Part shown: piece after piece, positions 47,493 to 59,138 of the stretch
How positions within the stretch are numbered: position 1 is the first letter of the stretch
Layout of the letters: the number at the start of each line of letters is the position of its first letter
From: Chthoniobacterales bacterium
GTDB lineage: Bacteria; Verrucomicrobiota; Verrucomicrobiia; Chthoniobacterales; JACTMZ01
Assembly (NCBI GenBank): GCA_044359955.1
Contig: JBIKLF010000005.1
Coordinates: 54,843 to 118,842 of the forward strand
Direction of reading: 5' to 3'
DNA length: 64,000 bases
Translations under genes and position numbers: made by a program
The notes under the pieces: generated by a model
The model's database searches: none
What the model was told of the DNA's origin: nothing
What the model saw: the letters and a program-made list of their open reading frames with translations, nothing else

Positions 47493-48541
47493 TCTCCACG
47501 CCGGAACAACTCGCGGACTTCACCACCCGCCTCGACACGCACAAGGTCATCGGACTCGATACCGAGGCCGACAGTCTGCACAGCTACTACGAGAAGGTCT
47601 GTCTCGTGCAGGTCTGCTCGCCCGACGGTTACTTTTTGGTCGACCCCCTGGCCGAAGGACTCGACCTCTCCGCATTCTACGCGTCTCTCACCCCGCACAC
47701 CCTCATCATCCACGGGGCGGATTACGACTTGCGCCTGCTCGGACGCCACCCCGCCTTTGACGCCATCGATATTTTCGACACCTCCATCGCCGCGCGTTTC
47801 CTCGGGCTCGAACAAATCGGCTACGCCGCCCTCGTGCAGAAATTTTTCGATGTCACCCTCTGCAAAGCCTCGCAGCGCGCCGACTGGGGACGCCGTCCCC
47901 TCCCGCCACGCATGGAAGAATATGCGCTCAACGACGTCCGCTACCTCCTCCCCCTCGCCGAAATCCTCGAAAACCAACTCAAAGAGCTCGGCCGCTGGGA
48001 ATGGTATGGCCAATCCCGCGACGCCATGGTGCAAAGCGCCCGCGAGCCCCGCGAACGGGATTTGGAAAATGCCTGGCGCGTCAACGGGAGCAGCAAACTC
48101 CCGCCCCGCGAGGCTGCGGTCCTCCGCGCCCTCTGGCACTGGAGGGATGCCGAAGCAAGCGCTTGGGACCGTCCGACCTTCCACGTCATTTCCAACGAGC
48201 GCATGATCGATGCGGCCTGCGCCGCGGTGGCCGGACACAAATTCGAGGTTCATCGCATGCCGCCGCCGCGCTACGCCCGCATGAAAGAAGCCCTCCGTGC
48301 CGCGCTCGAACTTCCCGAAAACGAATGGCCGGTCTTCGAACGCGAACGCAAACCCCGTCCGAGCGGTGCAGCCTGCCGCCTCTTCGAGCACCTCCGCGAA
48401 AAGCGCGACGCCGTGGCCCGGGAACTGGCCATCGACCCCTCGCTCATCGCCTCGCGCCTCACCTTGATGTCCGTCGCCCAACAAAACGGCAGCCGCCTCC
48501 TCCCCTGGCAACGCGACCTGCTCCAGCCCGATTCCATGTAG
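47489..48541 (+). CDS. rnd: ribonuclease D (DEDD 3'-5' exonuclease + HRDC)
   Basis: IGLDTEADSLHSYYEKVCLVQV (ExoI), IIHGADYDLRLL (ExoII), YALNDVRYL (ExoIII), HRDC-like C-terminus. The TTG start overlaps the nuoC stop. Confidence 0.85.
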   Translation: MISTPEQLADFTTRLDTHKVIGLDTEADSLHSYYEKVCLVQVCSPDGYFLVDPLAEGLDLSAFYASLTPHTLIIHGADYDLRLLGRHPAFDAIDIFDTSIAARFLGLEQIGYAALVQKFFDVTLCKASQRADWGRRPLPPRMEEYALNDVRYLLPLAEILENQLKELGRWEWYGQSRDAMVQSAREPRERDLENAWRVNGSSKLPPREAAVLRALWHWRDAEASAWDRPTFHVISNERMIDAACAAVAGHKFEVHRMPPPRYARMKEALRAALELPENEWPVFERERKPRPSGAACRLFEHLREKRDAVARELAIDPSLIASRLTLMSVAQQNGSRLLPWQRDLLQPDSM

Positions 48542-48561
48542 CGGCGCCGTCCCCGGCGCCG
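48538..48561 (+). repeat. GTAG-headed REP-like palindrome
   Basis: gtagcggcgccgtccccggcgccg. The TAG inside the GTAG head is the rnd stop codon (48539-48541). Confidence 0.65.
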
Positions 48562-48574
48562 ATCGATCGGATCC

Positions 48575-49414
48575 ATGACCCCGACCGCCCGCGAAACCAT
48601 CCGGCGAGCCCTCGCTGAAGACCTCGGCCCCGGCGACATCACCTCCGAGTGCTTTATCCCCGCGGAGCATCATTCCACCGTCCGCCTCATCGCCAAGGAA
48701 CCCGCCACCCTCGCCGGCACCGCCGCCGCCATGGAGGTCTTCCGCCAAGTCGATCCCACCATCGAAATCACCCTCGAGAAAAACGACGGCGACCAACTCA
48801 CCCCCGGCACCCTCATCCTCACCGCCCACGGTCCGACCCGCGCCCTCCTTTCGGCCGAACGCACCGCGCTCAACTTCCTCCAGCGCCTCAGCGGCATCGC
48901 CACCCTCACCCGCCGCTTTGTTGACGCGGTGGACGGCACCAAAGCCCTCATCCTCGACACCCGCAAAACCACCCCCGGACTCCGCGAATTCGAACGCTTC
49001 GCCGTCCGCGCCGGCGGCGGCACCAACCACCGCTTCGGCCTCTTCGACCGCGTGCTGGCCAAGGACAACCACCTCGCCATCACCGGCGACGCCACCGGAC
49101 TCCAACGCGCCATCGACCAAGCCAAAAAACGCGCCCCTGACATTCTCATCGAAATCGAAGCCGATACCCTCGATCAGGTCCGCCTCCTCTGCAGCCTGCG
49201 CGACATCGACCTCATCCTCCTCGACAACATGTCGAACGAACAACTCCGCGCAGCCGTGCAAATCCGCGGTGAAAAGAAAATTCTCCTCGAAGCCAGCGGC
49301 GGCGTAAACCTCGACACCGTCGCCGCCATCGCCGCCACCGGCATCGACCAAATCTCCGTCGGTGCCCTCACCCATTCCGCAATAGCCATCGATCTCTCGC
49401 TCGAAATCGCGTAG
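48575..49414 (+). CDS. nadC: nicotinate-nucleotide pyrophosphorylase (carboxylating)
   Basis: ERTALNFLQRLSGIAT, DTRKTTPGLR, AGGGTNHR, LLDNM, ASGG: the QPRTase motif series. Confidence 0.9.
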   Translation: MTPTARETIRRALAEDLGPGDITSECFIPAEHHSTVRLIAKEPATLAGTAAAMEVFRQVDPTIEITLEKNDGDQLTPGTLILTAHGPTRALLSAERTALNFLQRLSGIATLTRRFVDAVDGTKALILDTRKTTPGLREFERFAVRAGGGTNHRFGLFDRVLAKDNHLAITGDATGLQRAIDQAKKRAPDILIEIEADTLDQVRLLCSLRDIDLILLDNMSNEQLRAAVQIRGEKKILLEASGGVNLDTVAAIAATGIDQISVGALTHSAIAIDLSLEIA

Positions 49415-49424
49415 CAACAGGAAA

Positions 49425-49486
49425 AGTGGCATCGGCATCTTGCCGATGAATCCTGGTCATCCTCGGCAAGATGCCGAGGCCACACC
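49425..49486 (+). repeat. 62-nt two-hairpin repeat, copy 2 (family B)
   Basis: catcggca-tct-tgccgatg and cctcggca-aga-tgccgagg. The two hairpin cores are reverse complements of each other. Collinear with 18961-19022. Confidence 0.7.
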
Positions 49487-49540
49487 TCCCTCACCGCCGC
49501 CGCAAGCCAGCGGCTCAGACCAACGTCCTTTTGCTTTTCG

Positions 49541-49583
49541 ACTCCCTACTAACTCAATGAGAGTTACTCTCTCGAAAGGGAGT
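49541..49583 (+). other. low-GC nested stem-loop (candidate structured RNA element)
   Basis: actccct (49541-49547) pairs with agggagt (49577-49583) and encloses gagag-tta-ctctc (49559-49571). About 40% GC in a ~65% GC context. Confidence 0.3.
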
Positions 49584-49621
49584 AAAGACAGGCCACTGAT
49601 AGAAGAAGATGAAAGAGGATA

Positions 49622-49700
49622 AGCGGGGCGCGCTGACACGCGCCCCGCTCATGGCATCTCTCCGAGGACTGTGTTTGCGCCGTGTCAGCGGCGCGAACAC
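49622..49700. repeat. pair of strong hairpins with reverse-complementary hexaloops
   Basis: agcggggcgcg-CTGACA-cgcgccccgct (49622-49649, 11 bp) and gtgtttgcgccg-TGTCAG-cggcgcgaacac (49671-49700, 12 bp with one G-U). On the minus strand the first is followed by a T-rich run, so it could be a minus-strand terminator. Confidence 0.5.
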
Positions 49701-49830
49701 CATCTTCTGGCATCTTCTTCCATCCGTGGCTTTCTTGCCTCTGCCTGCCCAAGCTCACAGTCGACGCCGGCCCCAGTTACTCCCAGCACACACCCGCCAA
49801 TGCGCGGGTTCAGGGACTATGGACCGAGTG

Positions 49831-49906
49831 GTAGGGCTGGGCCTCCGGGACCGGCCGTGTCAAATCCCCGAGAAGGTTCGCGGTCGGCCCGGAGGTCCGA
49901 CCCTAC
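49831..49906. repeat. REPIN-like inverted doublet
   Basis: gtagggctgggcctccgggaccggccg (49831-49857) and cggtcggcccggaggtccgaccctac (49881-49906), an imperfect long hairpin. Confidence 0.7.
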
Positions 49907-50053
49907 CCCGGGGCGGAAAGACAAAGTCCCAAGGCGATGGGCCCTTGGTCTCAATCCTTCGTTCGCTTCGTTAGCTTTTGTTCAAACCCTGTCACACCTG
50001 TCTCTCCCCAGCTTGCCTAAAGCTCGCAACCTGCTTAATTCCTTATTAAGCGC

Positions 50054-50878
50054 ATGCATCCGCAAAAAGCAGCCCTGGTCCGCCTGCTCGCCGACGACGA
50101 CGAGCAGACCGTGCGGCTGGTCAAAGCACAGCTCGCGCAGGAAGGCGCCGGCCAGCTCGATGACCTGCGCGACCTCGCCGGTTGCGACCATCCCGTGGCC
50201 GCGCTCCATGCGCGCGATGTTCTCCACGAGGTGATGCAAAACGAGGCCCTCGAGCGCTTCGAAAACCTGTGCGGCTCCTTCAACGACAGTTCCGATCTCG
50301 AAGAAGCCTGCTGGCTTTTGGGAGCCGCCATGCTCCGGGGCTTCGAGCCAACCCCTTACCGGCAACGCCTCGCCACCTGGGGCACCGAACTGGCCCGCCG
50401 TCTTCGCCGCGCCTCAGCCAGCCGGCAACGTGTGGCCATCATGGCTGACTTTCTCGCCGGCGAACTCGTCTTCGCTGGCAATACCGACGACTACTACAAC
50501 GACCGCAACTCGCTCCTGCCCTGCGTGCTCGATTCGCGCAAAGGCATTCCGATCAGCCTCACCTTGGTCTACATGCTCGTCGGCCATCATGCCGGGGCAC
50601 CAGTCGAAGGGGTCAACCTGCCCGGGCACTTCCTCGCCCGTTATGACGACGTTCTTTTCGACCCGTTCCACCAAGGGAGAATCCTGACCCGGCGCGATTG
50701 CGAGGAAATCCTCCGCCGCCAGAATCAGCGACTTGAGGATTGGCACCTTGCGCCCGCTTCGCCGCGCCAAATGCTGGCCCGCATCCTCGCCAACCTCCTC
50801 CACGTTTACCACCGGCAAGGCGACAGCTCCCAATACACTCGGCTCAAACGCTGGAGCCACCTGCTCGTCCGCGGCTGA
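50054..50878 (+). CDS. transglutaminase-like/TPR SirB1 (YchA) family protein
   Basis: DYYNDRNSLLPCVLDSRKGIPISLTLVYMLVGHHAGAPVEGVNLPGHFL matches the SirB1-family core as I recall it. Confidence 0.75.
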   Translation: MHPQKAALVRLLADDDEQTVRLVKAQLAQEGAGQLDDLRDLAGCDHPVAALHARDVLHEVMQNEALERFENLCGSFNDSSDLEEACWLLGAAMLRGFEPTPYRQRLATWGTELARRLRRASASRQRVAIMADFLAGELVFAGNTDDYYNDRNSLLPCVLDSRKGIPISLTLVYMLVGHHAGAPVEGVNLPGHFLARYDDVLFDPFHQGRILTRRDCEEILRRQNQRLEDWHLAPASPRQMLARILANLLHVYHRQGDSSQYTRLKRWSHLLVRG

Positions 50879-52155
50879 TGCAGGCCGAAGTGATCAACAC
50901 GGGATCCGAACTCCTGCTCGGGCTCGTCACCAACACCCACCTCGGTTATCTCGCCGGGGAACTCACCCCCTGCGGCGTCACCATCGCCCGCCAAGTCTGC
51001 GTGCCCGATGGCCCACCCATCCGCCAAGCCCTCGAGGCCGCCCTCGACCGCGCGGATCTGGTGTTCACCACCGGAGGACTCGGGCCGACAACCGACGACC
51101 TCACGCGTGAAGCTGCCGCGGAGTTGCTGGGACTTCCTTTGTTGCCCGACGAAGAAATTCTTTCCGGCATCCGCGAACGGTTCGCCCGCCGCGGACTCCC
51201 CATGGCCGACCGCATTGCGCGCCAGGCCATGGTTCCGGCCGGCACGGAAGTCCTGCCTAATCCGCACGGGACTGCACCGGGACTTTACTTTCCCCCGTCG
51301 GTGCTGGGCGGACACCGCGCGCGCCATCTTTTCCTGCTGCCCGGACCTCCGCGCGAATTGCGCCCCATGTTTGCCGATCACGTCCTGCCCAAATTGCAGG
51401 CCGTTCTGCCCCCTTCATCCTTTCGCGAGCGCCGCATCTACCGCCTCACCGGCATCGGCGAAAGCCAGGTCGAAGAACGTATCGGCAAACAACTCGAAGA
51501 ACGCGGCGACCTCGAGGTCGGTTATTGCGCGCGCCCTTCCGAAGTGGACTTCCGCCTCATTGGGCCACCCGCCATCCTCGCAGAGACCGAGGCGGCCATC
51601 CGCGCGGTGCTCGGTGATTGGATCTATTCGGACGGCGACTCCCTCGAATCGGCGGTCGTCCGACTGCTGTGCGAAAAGAAACTCACGGTGGCCACAGCCG
51701 AATCATGCACCGGCGGTTCCTTGGCCGGGCGCATCACTAATGTGCCCGGCGCCTCGGAGGTCTTTCTCGCCGGTTATGTCACCTATGCCAACCAAGCCAA
51801 GGAAAACACCCTCGGCGTTCCCGCCAGTCTGCTCGCCGCCCACGGTGCGGTGAGCGAACCCGTCGCGGTGGCCATGGCCGAAGGCGCGCGCCGCATCTCC
51901 GGCGCTCAATACGCCCTCTCCACGACCGGCATTGCCGGACCCGGCGGCGGAACGGAAAGCAAACCGGCCGGCACGGTTTACCTCGGGTTGGCCTCGGCCG
52001 GACATCCCACCGTCGTGCGCCGCTGCTACTTCCCGCTCGATCGCACAACCTTCAAGCACATGGCGACGAGCGCGGCGTTGGATTTGCTGCGGCGGCAGGT
52101 GCTGGGCTTGTCGCTGGAATTGGGCGGAGGATCGTCGTCGCCGCGGCTGGGTTGA
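50878..52155 (+). CDS. cinA: CinA family protein (MoCF-binding domain + nicotinamide-nucleotide amidohydrolase PncC domain)
   Basis: MQAEVINTGSELLLG, TTGGLGPTTDDLT, ESCTGGSLAGRITNVPGAS, STTGIAGPGGG. The ATG shares 1 nt with the upstream TGA. Confidence 0.9.
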   Translation: MQAEVINTGSELLLGLVTNTHLGYLAGELTPCGVTIARQVCVPDGPPIRQALEAALDRADLVFTTGGLGPTTDDLTREAAAELLGLPLLPDEEILSGIRERFARRGLPMADRIARQAMVPAGTEVLPNPHGTAPGLYFPPSVLGGHRARHLFLLPGPPRELRPMFADHVLPKLQAVLPPSSFRERRIYRLTGIGESQVEERIGKQLEERGDLEVGYCARPSEVDFRLIGPPAILAETEAAIRAVLGDWIYSDGDSLESAVVRLLCEKKLTVATAESCTGGSLAGRITNVPGASEVFLAGYVTYANQAKENTLGVPASLLAAHGAVSEPVAVAMAEGARRISGAQYALSTTGIAGPGGGTESKPAGTVYLGLASAGHPTVVRRCYFPLDRTTFKHMATSAALDLLRRQVLGLSLELGGGSSSPRLG

Positions 52156-52218
52156 GGGGGGCGGCGGGTCCGGAGGCCGCGCCCCCGACGCGCCGCGAGC
52201 GGGAACCGCGCGATCCAC

Positions 52219-54792
<2,574 letters not shown>

Positions 54793-54810
54793 AGGACCGA
54801 AAAACTATCA

Positions 54811-56064
54811 TTACTTCAGCCGGATACGCATGCGAATAAATGCGGGAATATCGAGGTCCTGGCCATCCACCATGGTCGGGTCAAGGTCCTTGAACCGCCC
54901 GCGCATCGCCTGATCCAAGGGCAACTCTTCCTGCGTCTGGCCGGCCTCGTTTTTCTTTCCTTTGCCCTTGCCGCGCTTGGCTCCGGACTCGCCCGGCTTC
55001 TCGCCGACCACGGACTCGGCAGCCTCCTCCACTGGCTCAACCGGCGCCTCCAGCTCATCCTCGTCCTCCAGCACAACCGACGGCACACCCGAGCGCGTAC
55101 AGCCGAGGACAGTCACCCCAAGATGCTCGCCGGCTGCGGGATCGTTGGCCACCCCGACATGCACCAGCGTGGCGGGACCGAAATGGGCGGAAAGGCGACG
55201 GAGCACCGATTGCAACTCCGACAAGGTGAGCGAATCGTCACCGGTCAAGTGAATGAGCACGCGCCCGGGTTCGGACAAAAGTTTTCCTTCCTCCAAAAGC
55301 GGACAGCGCAGCGCCTCTTCCACGGCGAGCCGCACGCGATCGGGTCCGGACGCCGCACCATAGCCAAAATGAGCCCGGGCATCGGCTCCTTCGAACATCT
55401 GGAGTAATTCGTCGAGTCCGACCGGCATGACTGCGGGCAAGGCGACCATTTGCGCGATGGCCCGCACGGCCAGCGAGAGAACGCCCGCCGCCGCACCAAA
55501 AGCCTCGGCAACCGGTGCCTCCGCCCCGACGACTTCGACCATGCGGTCGTTTTCAAAACACAGGACGGCAAGGCAGTTCCTCCCGAGCCGTGCGAGCGAT
55601 TCCTCAGCCAGCTCCCGCTTGCGCGAGCCCTCGGCGGCAAACGGCAAAGTGACCAGCGCAATGACCAGCGCGCCGGATTTCTTGGCCTGTTCGGCCACGA
55701 CGGGCGCAGCTCCGGAGCCAGTCCCGCCGCCCAACCCGGCACACAAGAGCACGACTTCGGCCCCTTTGCACTCGGCCCGTAAATCGGTGAGACTCTCGCT
55801 GGCCGAGGCACGGCCGCGCGCGGCGTCACCACCCGCCCCGAGGCCCTTGGCCACGTCATGACCCATCTGCATTTTGCGGACAGCCGGCGAGGCCGCCACC
55901 GCCTTGGCATCCGTGTGCACCGCCACAAGATCAGCCGGTGCTCCTTGCTCATGGGCGAGACGCGCGAGCACGGCCAGACCGGCGTTGCCGAGGCCGATCA
56001 CCTTGACGGTAGAAACGGCGGTAGCGGGCGTGGAAAAGCGCTCGTTGGTGCCGACCGTAATCAT
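54811..56064 (-). CDS. ftsZ: cell division protein FtsZ (divergent)
   Basis: Tubulin signature GLGGGTGSGAAPVVAE, PFAAEG, and the C-terminal peptide DIPAFIRMR. The T1 loop reads GLGNAGLA instead of GGGGxN. Located after ftsA. Confidence 0.85.
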   Translation of the reverse strand: MITVGTNERFSTPATAVSTVKVIGLGNAGLAVLARLAHEQGAPADLVAVHTDAKAVAASPAVRKMQMGHDVAKGLGAGGDAARGRASASESLTDLRAECKGAEVVLLCAGLGGGTGSGAAPVVAEQAKKSGALVIALVTLPFAAEGSRKRELAEESLARLGRNCLAVLCFENDRMVEVVGAEAPVAEAFGAAAGVLSLAVRAIAQMVALPAVMPVGLDELLQMFEGADARAHFGYGAASGPDRVRLAVEEALRCPLLEEGKLLSEPGRVLIHLTGDDSLTLSELQSVLRRLSAHFGPATLVHVGVANDPAAGEHLGVTVLGCTRSGVPSVVLEDEDELEAPVEPVEEAAESVVGEKPGESGAKRGKGKGKKNEAGQTQEELPLDQAMRGRFKDLDPTMVDGQDLDIPAFIRMRIRLK

Positions 56065-57275
56065 AGTCCGGGAATGATCCGTCCAATTTTGCTGCGCAGC
56101 CGGTCGAAAACGGAAGTTTCCGCCAGCGCCTCCTGCGCGGCCTGCGCGTAAAGGACCAGCCCGACCGCGGTGCTCCAGCGCGGACTTTCACAAATGGCTG
56201 TCGGGCCCATGAGTGGCCGGGGGCTGGCCACGCGGGCCGGCACGCCGAAGACATCCGCGGCCAGAGGAGCGATGCCCTTGAGCTCCGCCGTGCCACCGGT
56301 CAAGACCACGCCGCCTCCGATGAATTGCGCTTGGCGGTCGAAATGGATCCGGCGTTTGATCAAAGTGAAAACCTCCCGCACCCGGGCTTCGGCCACTTTA
56401 TTCAAGCTCGAGCGCTCGATTTCCCCGCCGGCATAAGTCGGGTCCTCGATGCGCACCGTGCCGCGCGCAGCGGTGGCTCCCGGCGCCACATCGGTCTCTT
56501 CGGTCTTGAGCTTGTCGGCCCACTTGGTCGGCACCCGCAGCCCGATCGAAATGTCATTGGTCACGTGATCCCCGCCCACCGCAAGCACGCCGCTTTGACG
56601 GACGGACCCCTCGCGGAAAAGAATGAAGTCCGTGGTGCCGCCGCCGATGTCGATGACGAGGACACCGCCTTCGCGGTCGCTCTGGTCGAGCACGGCATGC
56701 GCCGAGGCCACCGCACTCATCACGACATTGGTCACTTTGAGGTTGGCCTCGCGGATGCAGCGCAAGCTGTTTTGGATGCGTGTCTTCGTGCCATGCACGA
56801 TGTGGAACTCGGCTTCGAGTTTGCGGCCGATCATCCCGAGCGGACTGGACACGCCTTCTTGTCCGTCGACATAGTAATGCTGGTTGATGGTGTGCAGGAA
56901 AACATTGCCCGCGGGAATACTGACATCGAGCGCGCTTTGCTCGACCTCCTGGATGTCCTCCTCTTCGATTTCGTCGCGATCATCCGGGATCGGAATACCG
57001 CCGCGATTGTTCAGGCTTTCGAGGTGCGCTCCGGTGATCGAAGCCACCACCCCGGCAATCTCGCGATCGGCTTTTTCTTCCGCTTCGGAGACCGCCTCGT
57101 TGAGACAGAGGGTGATTTTTCCGATGTCGACGATCTCGCCTTTGCGGACACCGCGCGAGAGCGCTTCGCCGGTGCCGATAATGCGCAGGAGCCCGTCGCT
57201 GCGCGTCTCGGCAATGACCGCGGCAACTTTGGAGGTTCCGATTTCCAAGCCAACATGAAGGTGGGAGCGGGCCAT
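56061..57275 (-). CDS. ftsA: cell division protein FtsA
   Basis: From ATG 57275: actin-fold motifs VGLEIGTSKV, VIDIGGGTTD, VLTGGTAELKG. ATGA-type overlap with the ftsZ start. Confidence 0.9.
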   Translation of the reverse strand: MARSHLHVGLEIGTSKVAAVIAETRSDGLLRIIGTGEALSRGVRKGEIVDIGKITLCLNEAVSEAEEKADREIAGVVASITGAHLESLNNRGGIPIPDDRDEIEEEDIQEVEQSALDVSIPAGNVFLHTINQHYYVDGQEGVSSPLGMIGRKLEAEFHIVHGTKTRIQNSLRCIREANLKVTNVVMSAVASAHAVLDQSDREGGVLVIDIGGGTTDFILFREGSVRQSGVLAVGGDHVTNDISIGLRVPTKWADKLKTEETDVAPGATAARGTVRIEDPTYAGGEIERSSLNKVAEARVREVFTLIKRRIHFDRQAQFIGGGVVLTGGTAELKGIAPLAADVFGVPARVASPRPLMGPTAICESPRWSTAVGLVLYAQAAQEALAETSVFDRLRSKIGRIIPGL

Positions 57276-57282
57276 GGCGGGG

Positions 57283-58221
57283 TCAGCGTTTTTTGGCGGT
57301 GGTCGGAACCGGGGCCGGTTCGGCCGGCGGGGCTTCGCCCACAAAAGTCACCGGTGTATTGCGCGCGGGCATGAGATTGACCGTGGCCACCCGGCGCGAG
57401 GTCTGGCCGACGTGGAGCAAAATGAGTTGGAGGCGGTCGAGTTGGGCCGGAAGATCATCGGGCCCGAAAGTGAGGCGGGTCTGGGGATCATTCCAAGCCG
57501 TGATGCACCAACCCTTGCTGATATCCACGGCGCGCAACTTCACCTCGGGATTGGTGCGCTCGGCGGCGCGGCTGAGCAATTCGAGGGCGGCGAGCAATTC
57601 GGGCATTTCGATTTTATCGCCCAGGCGCCACTGCTCTGTCGGCACCCCGTAAACCACAGGCAACCGGGTATGCGAGGCCTCGAAACCATGGGGTTTGATC
57701 ATCACCCCGGTCGCGTCGACCAAGCAGGCCGTCTCCATGGTCGAGGGGTCGGCACCCGTATCGGCCGGCGCCACCCACGCCACGGGACGGCGCGCCTCGA
57801 TCGAAATGGACACCGTGTCGGGCAAGATGCGTTCAACCCGCGCTGACTGGATCTCCGGAATGGAAGTGAGGGCGCTTTGGGCGGACTCAAGATTGAGCGA
57901 GAAAATGTTGAGTCCCTCGTGGATACCCGTCTTGGACAGCGCCTCCTCGCGAGTCATCACACCGTCGGTGTTCACCTCGACGACCCGCACCTCGTAGTTC
58001 TTGTTCTTGGTGAAGAAATTTTCGATGAACAAATTCACCCCGAACCACGCCACGACGAGCAACCCGGTGAGGAACAAGGCCTCGCAGGTGTAGAGCAGGA
58101 CCTTCTGGTTGCGCCGGCGGCGCTCGGTTTCCGCCGTGGCGGTCACCTCCAACAAATGCTCCCGGCGCCGACGGCGCACCGGACGGCGGCGGCGCGATTT
58201 TTTGCTGGAGAAAAGACTCAT
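57283..58221 (-). CDS. ftsQ: cell division protein FtsQ (POTRA)
   Basis: From ATG 58221: basic N-terminus, a single TM (LLYTCEALFLTGLLVVAWFGV), then a POTRA-like VRVVEVNTDGVMTREEAL. Sits between ddl and ftsA. Confidence 0.75.
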   Translation of the reverse strand: MSLFSSKKSRRRRPVRRRRREHLLEVTATAETERRRRNQKVLLYTCEALFLTGLLVVAWFGVNLFIENFFTKNKNYEVRVVEVNTDGVMTREEALSKTGIHEGLNIFSLNLESAQSALTSIPEIQSARVERILPDTVSISIEARRPVAWVAPADTGADPSTMETACLVDATGVMIKPHGFEASHTRLPVVYGVPTEQWRLGDKIEMPELLAALELLSRAAERTNPEVKLRAVDISKGWCITAWNDPQTRLTFGPDDLPAQLDRLQLILLHVGQTSRRVATVNLMPARNTPVTFVGEAPPAEPAPVPTTAKKR

Positions 58222-59138
58222 GGATGTTTGGTCGTGTGGCGTTGCAGGGAGAGCCGGGCGATTTCTTCGCACAGCCCGAGAAAACTGATGCCGGCCACCG
58301 CTGCCGCCTTGGGCAGGAGGCTGGTTTCGGTCATGCCGGGAATCGTGTTGGCCTCGAGGACAAACGGCGTGCCGTCGGCCCGCAAGAGAATGTCGACCCG
58401 CGAGTAAACTTTCAACCCGAGCGCGCGATGTGCGGCCAGCGCGGTCTCCTGCATGAGACGGGTCGTAATTTCGTCGAGTGGCGCGGGGCAGAAATACTCG
58501 GAGGCTCCCTTGGTGTATTTGTGCGCGTAGTCGTAAAACCCTTCGTGCGGCCGGATCTCCACCACCGCCGTGGCTTGGTCGCCCACCACCCCGACGGTCA
58601 ATTCACGTCCTTCCACCAATTCTTCGACCAGAATTTCCCGGTCCAAGGCCGCGCAGTCGGCCAGTGCTCCCTCCAACTGCGCCGGTTCGCGCACGAGATG
58701 CACACCGACACTCGAGCCCTCACGGGGAGCCTTCACCACAATCGGCAAGGGCAGCGTCGGCCGCTGGCCGGGGGCCAGCACTTCCCAGCGCGGAGTGGAA
58801 ACACCGGCCTGCAAAAACAGTTTTTTACTCTCCAGCTTGTCGAAGGCCACCCGACTGGCTGCCTCGCCCTCGCCGGTGTAGGGAATTCCCCGGCGCTCGA
58901 GAATGGCTTGAATTTGTCCGTCCTCCCCGAAAGTGCCGTGCATCATCAAGACGCAAAGACCGGTATCCTCCGGCAGGATGAACTCCGGCCCGCGCACATC
59001 AACCTCGCTGACCCGATAGCCGGCCTGACGCAAAGCATGGGCCACCGCCCCGCCGGAGCGCAGGGAAACCTCCCGCTCCGATCCGGGGCCGCCCATGAGG
59101 ACGGCAAGATGCAGGCCTCGCAAATCGGTCGCACTCAT
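58218..59138 (-). CDS. ddl: D-alanine--D-alanine ligase
   Basis: From ATG 59138: LAVLMGGPGSEREVSLRSG, HGTFGEDGQIQAILE, VVKAPREGSSVGV, EANTIPGMTETSLLPK. Confidence 0.9.
   Translation of the reverse strand: MSATDLRGLHLAVLMGGPGSEREVSLRSGGAVAHALRQAGYRVSEVDVRGPEFILPEDTGLCVLMMHGTFGEDGQIQAILERRGIPYTGEGEAASRVAFDKLESKKLFLQAGVSTPRWEVLAPGQRPTLPLPIVVKAPREGSSVGVHLVREPAQLEGALADCAALDREILVEELVEGRELTVGVVGDQATAVVEIRPHEGFYDYAHKYTKGASEYFCPAPLDEITTRLMQETALAAHRALGLKVYSRVDILLRADGTPFVLEANTIPGMTETSLLPKAAAVAGISFLGLCEEIARLSLQRHTTKHP

Noticed and set aside
49564-49974. Small ORFs inside the non-coding island (49564..49758 minus, 49609..49974 plus, 49440..49622 plus).
   Set aside because: They run through repeat hairpins, have Arg/Pro/Ser-rich low-complexity translations, and have no start context or recognisable domain.
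50013-50041. A sigma70-like promoter TTGCCT-17-TAATTC upstream of the SirB1-like gene.
   Set aside because: The hexamers are plausible, but it would leave only ~12 nt before the ATG, and alternative -10 boxes exist (TATTAA at 50044). It is not supportable without transcript mapping.
49415-50053. Known housekeeping RNAs (RNase P RNA, tmRNA, SRP/4.5S, 6S) or a tRNA in the 640-bp gap.
   Set aside because: There is no GAGGAAAGUCC-type RNase P motif, no tmRNA tag-reading frame with a tRNA-like end, no SRP GGAA tetraloop domain-IV consensus, and no cloverleaf. The identity remains open and is reported as a finding instead.
52160-52215. A REP-like fragment between cinA and clpB (ggccgcgcccccgacgcgccgcg).
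   Set aside because: It shares a short core with the 18870 element but has no GTAG head and only a 4-bp clean stem. That is too weak to call.
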